Source of the DNA: an uncultured Candidatus Saccharibacteria bacterium
Lineage (GTDB): Bacteria; Patescibacteriota; Minisyncoccia; UBA6257; 2-01-FULL-56-20
Reading direction: 5' to 3'
Assembly (NCBI GenBank): GCA_965231155.1
Contig: OZ246418.1
Span: 368,751-432,750, forward strand
DNA length: 64,000 bases
Shown here: piece after piece, positions 56,912-64,000 of the stretch
Position numbering within the stretch: the first letter of the stretch is position 1
Layout: each line of letters opens with the position of its first letter
Translations under genes and position numbers: made by a program
Notes under the pieces: generated by a model
Told to the model about the DNA's origin: nothing
Seen by the model: only the letters and a program-made list of their open reading frames with translations
The model's database searches: none

Positions 56912-57775
56912 ATGGATAATATGCCTGTTCCTCAGTCGGTGGTGAGCGGTTTGCCTGGAGCTCAGCAACTCCTAAGAGATACTTGGATGGTTCTTGTTGG
57001 TCACTGGAAAAACTTAGCTCGGTTTTCGGTGTTAAACGTCCTTCTTGGTTTTGGAGTGAGTGTAATAGTTGGATTTGGAGCTTTTGTAGTTGTCATGGGA
57101 GTTGAAGACAGCGCGACTAATTGGGGAAACATTGGAATCTTTGGCGTAGCCTTAGTTATTGGTTTTCTCATTGTGGTGACTCTATCTTTTTGGATCTCGG
57201 CCGCACTACTTGAAGCGATCCGGGCCATCCGTCAGGAAGGGAGAGATCTTAGTTTGGGAGAGGCTTTTCAGTTGGGACGAAGACGAATGTGGGCTTTGGC
57301 CGTTGTCGGGCTTTGGACGGGTTTGGCTATTACGGGCGGATTCATTCTCCTTATTATTCCGGGTATTATATGCGCCGTGTGGTTTGTGTTTAGTTCTTTT
57401 GTGTTTGTAAATGAGAATATTTCTGGGACGGATGCATTGCGACAGAGCAAGAAATACGTAGTTGGAAGATGGTGGGCGGTGTTTGGAAGGCTGATCACGC
57501 TGTGGGTTACTTTATGGATCGTTTCCATGGTGGCAGATTTTATCTTTAGAACGATTTTTCATTTTTCGTATACGCCCCAGCCATACACTGCTCCCTTTTC
57601 TTTTATTCCTACAGTAGCTCCTTGGTATGTGTTACTTTTTTCTATAAAATCATTCTTCCTAAGTATATTTTCCTCTTTAATGACTTTGGTGTATCTGCAA
57701 CTTCTTTACGAGGCATTGCGTGGCGGTGGCATTGCTGAGGTTCCATTGCCAGCTCCGGCAGTTACCGAGAGCTAG
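56912..57775 (+). CDS. Polytopic membrane protein (GDPD-membrane-domain/DUF975-like)
   Basis: GFILLIIPGIICAVWF..ALRQSKKYVVGRWWAVFGR pattern. Confidence 0.75.
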   Translation: MDNMPVPQSVVSGLPGAQQLLRDTWMVLVGHWKNLARFSVLNVLLGFGVSVIVGFGAFVVVMGVEDSATNWGNIGIFGVALVIGFLIVVTLSFWISAALLEAIRAIRQEGRDLSLGEAFQLGRRRMWALAVVGLWTGLAITGGFILLIIPGIICAVWFVFSSFVFVNENISGTDALRQSKKYVVGRWWAVFGRLITLWVTLWIVSMVADFIFRTIFHFSYTPQPYTAPFSFIPTVAPWYVLLFSIKSFFLSIFSSLMTLVYLQLLYEALRGGGIAEVPLPAPAVTES

Positions 57776-57846
57776 TCACCTCATTTTTTGATCGTTGTCC
57801 GTTTTTTATGTCCTTCTGATGAAAAGGGTGTGGTATCCTTATCGAT

Positions 57847-58488
57847 ATGAAGAGCGTTAAGAAGAATAATCGAAGTTCGTCGAAGGATCTAAAAACCTTG
57901 GCGAACTTTATCTATGAGACGGGCATTCTCACAAAAACTCCTCGTTCCGGTTTGTGGTTTCTTGGGACTGGCAAACAGTCAGTAGCGGAGCATCTTTTCC
58001 GGACGACGATGATTGGCTATGTGTTGGCTCATCTTGTTCCGAAGGCCAACAAGGAGAGGTTGCTGTTCTTATGTTTAATGCACGATCTCGGAGAGGGACG
58101 GACGTCTGATCTGAATTATGTGCACCAGAAGTATGGACGGTTGGCTGAGTCTCAGGCAGTTTCCGATTTAGCCAAGACGTTGCCTTTTGGAAAAGAAATC
58201 GAGAATGCATATAAAGAAGAACAGGCACGATTAACTTTGGAGGCTAAATTGGCCAAAGACGCAGATAATTTAGAGTGGATGACAACGATGAGAGAGGAGG
58301 CGATTAAGGGGAATAGTAAGGCTGAGATTTGGGCTAAGTTGGCCTATCGACGACTGAAGACTAAGGAGGCTCAGAAGTTGGGAAAGGCTATTTTAGAGTC
58401 CCATCCTGACGACTGGTGGTTCGATGAGAAGGATACTTGGTATGTGAATCGTCCACAGTCGTCAAAGCGATGGCGGACACGTTCTTAG
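57847..58488 (+). CDS. HD-domain phosphohydrolase (YfbR-like)
   Basis: PRSG, SVAEH, HDLGE.RTSD, DAD.LE. Confidence 0.85.
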   Translation: MKSVKKNNRSSSKDLKTLANFIYETGILTKTPRSGLWFLGTGKQSVAEHLFRTTMIGYVLAHLVPKANKERLLFLCLMHDLGEGRTSDLNYVHQKYGRLAESQAVSDLAKTLPFGKEIENAYKEEQARLTLEAKLAKDADNLEWMTTMREEAIKGNSKAEIWAKLAYRRLKTKEAQKLGKAILESHPDDWWFDEKDTWYVNRPQSSKRWRTRS

Positions 58489-58545
58489 ATAAGATTATTG
58501 CTAACTATTTCGTATTCATTTATTCTCAACTACGGAATTACAATT

Positions 58546-58959
58546 ATGGAAATCATAGAAAAAATACTGCGATTTTTTGATAAGCTTGAAGATCGCGTGA
58601 GGAGCAAGCTGAGTCATATTCCTATTCTTTACGCCTTTATTGGTGGGATTGGCATCGTGCTTTTTTGGCGTGGGGTATGGCATACCGCTGACTATCTTTT
58701 AGTGCAGTCTGGCCCTTGGTGGGATGGTCCAGTTTCTCTACTCATTAGTACGGCGATCTTGCTGATGGTTGGTTTGTTCGTCTCGGCATTTATTGGTGAT
58801 AGTCTTATTCTGTCAGGATTAAAGAAAGATAAGAAGTTAGTTGAAAAAACTGAGATCGAAGTTGAGACGGAAGAGGATGTCCTGCATTCGATTCAGGATC
58901 AGGTCGAAGAAATTGAGAGTCATGTGCATCAACTGAAGCGGATGCATAAAGAAAAGTGA
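58546..58959 (+). CDS. Small two-TM membrane protein with coiled-coil tail
   Basis: GIVLFWRGVWHTAD; start moved to ATG 58546. Confidence 0.75.
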   Translation: MEIIEKILRFFDKLEDRVRSKLSHIPILYAFIGGIGIVLFWRGVWHTADYLLVQSGPWWDGPVSLLISTAILLMVGLFVSAFIGDSLILSGLKKDKKLVEKTEIEVETEEDVLHSIQDQVEEIESHVHQLKRMHKEK

Positions 58960-59087
58960 TTATATGAAAAAAACTTTTGTGAGCGTCTTCGTGTTATTCA
59001 TCATTTTGAGCTTGTTGGCCCCTTTGTTTTACTATTAATTTCCTTTTGCCTTTTTAGTAACTATTCAGTACTCTAAGGAGGAATTTT

Positions 59088-59158
59088 GGGCCCGTAGTTA
59101 AGTGGTATAACGCGGCATTCGCATTGCTGAGGCGGGAGTTCGATTCTCCCCGGGTCCA
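59088..59158 (+). tRNA. tRNA-Ala(CGC)
   Basis: Acceptor gggcccg/cgggtcc with G3:U70, anticodon arm cggca-ttcgcat-tgctg. Confidence 0.93.
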
Positions 59159-59575
59159 CAAATGGAAAAAGAGTTTAGTGATAATTTCAGTCTGATTCTT
59201 TTTTAAGTCCACACCCTAGGACTTCCCTGTTTCGTATAAATAATTCATAATCTTGTCAGATCTTGAAGGAGGGTCTAAGTTATGACGGAGGCAGTAGCTC
59301 TTATGGTGGTTTCGACTTTTGGTCTTCTGATTTTTCCCGGTCGTCTTGGTAGCGACTTGGTTGGAGGCGAGAGTCGGCAGAGGATAGTAGGGGATGCATT
59401 GCTATCGTTGCTCTGTTCCATTGGTTTTGCATATGGCCTCATCCTCTTCGGAGGCGGTTGGCCAGTTTCGGCTTCGTGTGCCGAGATTCCTGTTTGCCGG
59501 ATGGCTTTGTCTGGTGGTTTGTAGAATCCCAATGAGGGATTTTTTATTATTCGAGATACTTCTTACAATATGATG

Positions 59576-59715
59576 ACATCCACCTTTTCTACTCACGAAT
59601 CGATAGCGAGCAAAATGTCGTTGAATTAGCTTTCGGAAGGTGGCGACCTGAGAACGCAAGGAGGCTTTTCAGTAGAAAAGAACTCCTGGTAATTCAACGA
59701 TTCTTTTTGCGAGTC
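59576..59715 (+). ncRNA. Candidate structured RNA
   Basis: TACAAT at 59564-59569; perfect helices 59618-28/59690-700, 59584-93/59671-80, 59580-86/59637-43. Confidence 0.4.
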
Positions 59716-59717
59716 AG

Positions 59718-59726
59718 TTATCCACA
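59718..59726 (+). promoter_or_regulatory. Single consensus DnaA box
   Basis: TTATCCACA. Confidence 0.4.
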
Positions 59727-59781
59727 CTCTTTTAGCCTTGGGTGTAGTAAAATTAAGGAAAGCCTTAGAGATTATCTAGGG

Positions 59782-59791
59782 AAAGGTCGAG
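59782..59791 (+). promoter_or_regulatory. AAAGGTCGAG leader motif
   Basis: Exact 10-mer 32 nt before ATG 59824. Confidence 0.7.
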
Positions 59792-59823
59792 CAGGTTCTT
59801 TTGATGTTTTTAATTTACTATTC

Positions 59824-60534
59824 ATGGATACTTCAACAGTAGCAAGCAACAACTTCAACTATTTTGCTGGACTTCTGGCGAACGCCTTCACGAACGTCTG
59901 GGGACTCTTCCTGAGTTTGACCTTTAGTCTCTTGGGAACGCTCGTCGTTCTTCTGATTGGTCTTTTTGTCGCCGCAGGGTTGGGCAAATTAGTAGAGAAA
60001 GTTTTTGAGACATTGCGAATTGACGAGGTGTTTGAGAATGCTGGACTGAAGCCATATTTTGAACGGGCTAATGTACGATTGCGTGTAGCCTATTTCTTGG
60101 GACGCACCGTCTATTGGTTTGTCATCATTGCTTTCCTTTTGGTTATCTCCGACTTCTTGCAACTCGCTGCATTTTCGATGTTCCTGGGTGATGTGCTGAA
60201 CTATATTCCAAACGTTATTGCCGCAGTCTTGATTATGTTAGCGGCAGTAGTCGTTGCAAGTTTCTTGCGTGGAGTGGTTCGCGCCTCAGTCATGGGTGCC
60301 AGAATGCATGCCGCCCAGTTTTTGGGAACAATCACTTGGTGGGCGATCGTGGTCTTTGGTTTCTTCACGGCTCTTTTACAGCTTCGTGTCGCAGAGACAG
60401 TGGTCAATGCGTTGATCACCGGATTTGTAGCGATGCTTGCGTTAGCTGGTGGTTTGGCTTTTGGTTTGGGTGGCAAAGATTACGCCGCTCATCTCTTGAA
60501 CAAACTACGCGAGGAGACAGAATCACGTCGATAG
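59824..60534 (+). CDS. Conserved TM-helix repeat membrane protein (MscS N-terminal TM-like)
   Basis: YIPNVIAAVLI, ALAGGLAFGLGGKD motifs; start moved to ATG 59824. Confidence 0.8.
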   Translation: MDTSTVASNNFNYFAGLLANAFTNVWGLFLSLTFSLLGTLVVLLIGLFVAAGLGKLVEKVFETLRIDEVFENAGLKPYFERANVRLRVAYFLGRTVYWFVIIAFLLVISDFLQLAAFSMFLGDVLNYIPNVIAAVLIMLAAVVVASFLRGVVRASVMGARMHAAQFLGTITWWAIVVFGFFTALLQLRVAETVVNALITGFVAMLALAGGLAFGLGGKDYAAHLLNKLREETESRR

Positions 60535-60540
60535 TTTTTT

Positions 60541-60664
60541 AAAAAACTGCTGTAGTTCGTCTCGTAATTTTTCGAGGAATACGGTGAGTGGTGATGCTGT
60601 GAGGGCGTTATCATATTACCTACACCTCCTCGAAAAATTACGGGATGAGCTCGGCGGTTTTTTT
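60541..60664 (+). terminator. Very long G-U-rich hairpin ending in T tract
   Basis: 60541-60578 pairs with 60627-60664, with a distal stem 60583-60598/60604-60620. Confidence 0.65.
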
Positions 60665-61095
60665 GTTTCTCTAAGAAATAAAAATAGAGAAGCGTTGTGC
60701 TTCTCTATGGAGAGATTCTGTCGAGACCAAACTGGCGGAGAACAACAGGATCTGTACATCGTTTCTGTGTTCGCCAGAGAATCTGATCTCTAACAGGGGA
60801 GTCTTCAGAGCTCATATCCTGGAGCATACCGTGCATCTCAAGATTTTCGAAGACTACTGCCCCGTGTTTTTCATAATGCACTTGAGGATAGCATTCGTGG
60901 ATGACGATTCCCCTGGAGAGATAGGCAAGGCGCTTACAGGAGAGTCGAAAGTGGGTAGTCAGCTTCTGGAACTTTCCCCAGACTTGCTTAGGTAAACTCA
61001 AGCTTCCATGTGCTTCCATGTTCGTGATTTCTCCTTTCGCTAGGCTGATTCTAGCATGTTTTTCTATCCCCAGGCTATGCACTTTGCGGGCTTTC

Positions 61096-61124
61096 TTGAC
61101 AAGGGGAGGGGGCTCGGGTACACT
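61096..61124 (+). promoter_or_regulatory. sigma70 promoter of the stand-alone 23S rRNA gene
   Basis: TTGACA-17 nt-TACACT about 200 nt upstream of 23S. Confidence 0.8.
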
Positions 61125-61850
61125 CTCTTCTACGTATGAGGACTCATAGAAACCTGTTGACCTAGAGTGGTTGCGCGAGGCTTTCTAAAGTCTTGGGTGC
61201 CGCTCAGAGAGCGGTTTTTTTGTTCCATGCGAGCTCGTTGAAATTTTAATGATTAAGTAATTAAGTAGGTTCGTCTTCTTGCTCCTCAAGGCAGGAAGCG
61301 AACATAAGTCAGCATTGGGATGGTTGGACAATAAGGGCACACGGAGGATGCCTAGACATAAAATGGCGATGAAGGACGCAGCGTAACGGCGATACGTCTC
61401 GGGGAGGTGTGTAGCAACCTTTGATCCGGGAATTTCCGAATGGGGTAACCCAATTACATAAACTGTAATTACCTCGCAAGAGGTGCGAACCCGCTGAAGT
61501 GAAACATCTCAGTAAGCGGAGGAAGAGAGAACACAAGTTATTCCCTGAGTAGCGGCGAGTGAAACGGGAAGAGCCTAAACCTACATGCTTGCATGGAGGG
61601 GTTGTAAGGGAAGGACTCTCTCAACTATTACACAGCCTTTTGTTTATAGTAGGTTGTGTAATGGAAGAGGTGGAGAAGTAAAAAAATGCGCGTTAGCCGA
61701 AGCCGTCTGGAAAGCGGAACCATAGCGGGTGATAGTCCCGTAGGCGAAAACAAGCAAACTTCTTAGTCTTTTTTCTTGAGTACTTCGAGGCCAGAAAACT
61801 TCGAAGGAATCTGGGAGTACTGTCTCCTAAGGCTAAATACATTTTATGAT

Positions 61851-61887
<37 letters not shown>

Positions 61888-62594
61888 CAGGCCGGTGAGG
61901 CCGTTGAAATAGAACCTGAAACCGTGTGTCTACAAGGAACTGAAGTCTTAAGAGCTTCTCGCAAGGGAAGCCCCGGACGACAGTGTGCCTATTGAAGAAT
62001 GATCCAACGACTTATCGTATATCCCTCGTCTAAGGGTCTCTGACCCGGAGGCACAGGGAAACCGAGTGTTAAAAGCGCGAACATAAGGGGTATATGATAG
62101 ACCCGAAGCCAGATGAGCTTGCCTTGGGCAGGTTGAATCCGTGAGAAATCATGGAGGAGGACCGAACCGGTGGGTTGTTCAACACCTTCGGATGACCTGA
62201 GGTAAGGAGTGAAAAGCTAATCGAATCTGGTAATAGCTGGTTCTCTCCGAAATAGTTTTAGGACTAGCGCGTACTATAGAGTCTTGCGGGTAAAGCTACT
62301 GGTTCAAGAGTAAAGGGCGAAAGCTCGGCTCTCGAGTCAAACTCTGAATAGCGAGATACTCTGGTGCGTAGTTAGAACGTGGGGGCTAAGCTCCATGCTC
62401 AAAAGGGAAACAGCCCAGACCACAAGTTAAGGTCCCTAAATGTATGCTAAGTGTTAAAGGAAGTGTTTCGCCATAGACAGATAGGAGGTTGGCTTAGAGG
62501 TAGCCATCCTTTAAAGAGTGTGTAACAACTCACTATTCGACGGCGAGATGCGCCGAAAATGTACCGGGGCTCAAGCATACTACCGACACTGTGG

Positions 62595-62763
62595 ATCATA
62601 TGCATCTCACTAAGATGAGATGTGTTTCTAAAACGTAGGAGAAGAATCAGAACTGATAGAAGTTCTGATAGTAGTAGTAACAAAATTATTATTGGAATGG
62701 TTAAAGATTTCTGATCTTTTTCCTGCGCCAAGAAGCATCAACTTTTAGTGAGATGCGTATGGT
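62595..62763 (+). other. Intervening sequence in 23S helix 45
   Basis: 21-bp basal stem 62595-62615/62743-62763 between ccgacactgtgg and ggtaggagagc, where the normal helix is about 20 nt. Confidence 0.85.
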
Positions 62764-63271
62764 GGTAGGAGAGCATTCTGATCGCAGCGAAGCAGGACCC
62801 GCGAGGGCCTGTGGAGCGTTCAGAAGAGAGAATGTTGGAATGAGTAACCACTATCTCAATGCGAAATTGAGACCCCGAAAATTCAAGGTTTCCGTGGCAC
62901 TGGCAATCAACCACGGGTGAGGCGGGCCTAAGGCGATGGCGAAAGCCGCAGCTGATGGACAGCCGGTTAATATTCCGGCCCTTCCGCCGTTCATATCTGA
63001 GGGACGAAGGAAATAACTTTTTGTGCCTTATTGGTTTGGCATCGTTTGCACTCAGTTGCATCGCAAGATGTGGCGCGTGTCGACGGAACGTCTGGCTTTT
63101 GTCAGGCGAACAAGAACGAAGAGCCTTCCGAGAAAAGCTCAGTAAAGCGAACGAACGGAATCCGTACCGCAAACCGACACTGGTGAATAGGGCGAGTAGC
63201 CCAAGGGGAACGAGTGAGTCATTGTTAAGGAACTCGGCAAAAAAGCGGCCGTACCTTCGGTATAAGGCCTG

Positions 63272-63600
63272 CCTTGTCGAGGCTGAAAGAAGGATAATAT
63301 TGTTTGCGAAGAGAAGGAGTGGAGGTGACCGAGGAGGTCCCAGTTGAGGGCTTTGGAATATGCGTTCCACGCATGGTGTCCGGACCCAACGCAGGATACT
63401 GGCCTAAGTGATCCTCCACTCCTGCAATCCTTTGTAGTTCTTTGATCCCGAGCAATCGGGACGTATGGGGCGAAGCGTGTTCGCGTAAGCTGGTGATCCC
63501 CCCTCACTGGTGAAGCAATGCGTGGAGCCCCACCTTATCTGGATGTGGAATCTCCGACTTTCGTCGTTGAGATTCCCTCCTTCTTTCAGTCTCGATGAGG
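63272..63600 (+). other. Large multibranch insertion in 23S helix 63
   Basis: 23-bp basal stem ccttgtcgaggctgaaagaagga/tccttctttcagtctcgatgagg between taaggcctg and ccgcagcgaaa. Confidence 0.85.
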
Positions 63601-64000
63601 CCGCAGCGAAAGTCTCTCTGGCGACTGTTTACCAAAAACACAGCTCCCTGCTAACTCGTAAGAGGATGTATAGGGGGTGACACCTGACCGATGCGAGAAG
63701 GTTAACAGTGGCGGTCGTGCGCAGCAATGCGTACGGCTGACTGCTCCAAGCCCTCGTCAATGTCAGCGGTAACTATAACCGTTCTAAGGTAGCGCAATTC
63801 CTTTTCGGGTAAGTTCCGAAGCGCACGAAAGGTGTAACGACTGGAGAACTGTCTCAACAATGAGCTCGGTGAAAATGCGATTCCCGTGAAGACGCGGGAT
63901 ACCTGCAGCGGGACGAAAAGACCCCGGAAGCTTTACTGCAGCTTGGTATTGTCTTTAGAATTCTTGTGCGTAGCGTAGTGGATAGCCTTTGAAGCATTTC

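Noticed and set aside
498-58228. Numerous 60-230 aa ORFs antisense or out of frame within called genes
   Set aside because: Fully overlapped by well-supported genes and lacking motifs
59154-59213. gtccaca repeated after tRNA-Ala as a third tRNA-tail element
   Set aside because: Only 7 bp and no antisense T-arm; compatible with chance
59275-59659. Short overlapping ORFs (80-85 aa) on both strands
   Set aside because: No recognisable motifs and mutually overlapping; the + strand 80-aa hydrophobic ORF cannot be excluded but is unsupported
59718-59726. Replication origin
   Set aside because: Single DnaA box; no box cluster, unwinding element or dnaA/dnaN nearby
60705-61082. 125-aa minus-strand ORF before the 23S promoter
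   Set aside because: No recognisable family or clear start signal; may be real but cannot be supported
62488-62535. Deviations in the 23S GTPase-associated centre (ttagaggtag, gtgtaacaac)
   Set aside because: Changes look mutually compensatory (C-C-G to U-U-A base triple) and so preserve structure
62447-63507. ORFs of 76-210 aa on both strands within the 23S gene
   Set aside because: They run through conserved rRNA sequence and show no LAGLIDADG, GIY-YIG or HNH motifs; shadow ORFs

Overview
Chromosomal segment of a small-genome bacterium, inferred to be Patescibacteria/CPR (Parcubacteria-like) from gene content and protein styles; standard genetic code. In order it carries: cysteine desulfurase (5'-truncated), clpB, GalU-like transferase, a wHTH protein, a large PG-binding S-layer-like protein plus O-antigen-ligase/TPR protein, HU, an ECF sigma/anti-sigma-like triad, comF and a type IV pilus cluster, ligA, gatCA, murD plus a MurL-like epimerase, a circularly permuted DsbA, three secreted fibre-module proteins (two share a perfect 372-bp repeat), a Wzm/Wzt glycan cluster, a single-chain mitochondrial-type PheRS, a CCA-adding enzyme, seven tRNAs, and a stand-alone 23S rRNA (3'-truncated) with large insertions. 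The most unexplained signals are non-coding: (1) two hairpins with an identical 20-nt core and covarying stems about 25 nt upstream of sigma70 promoters; (2) a recurrent AAAGGTCGAG leader motif, alongside at least 11 apparently leaderless genes and an atypical initiator-like tRNA; (3) structured elements downstream of tRNAs that carry an antisense T-arm and a duplicate tRNA 3' end; (4) several multibranch RNA candidates. All calls come from reading the sequence and motifs by eye; no searches or folding programs were run.
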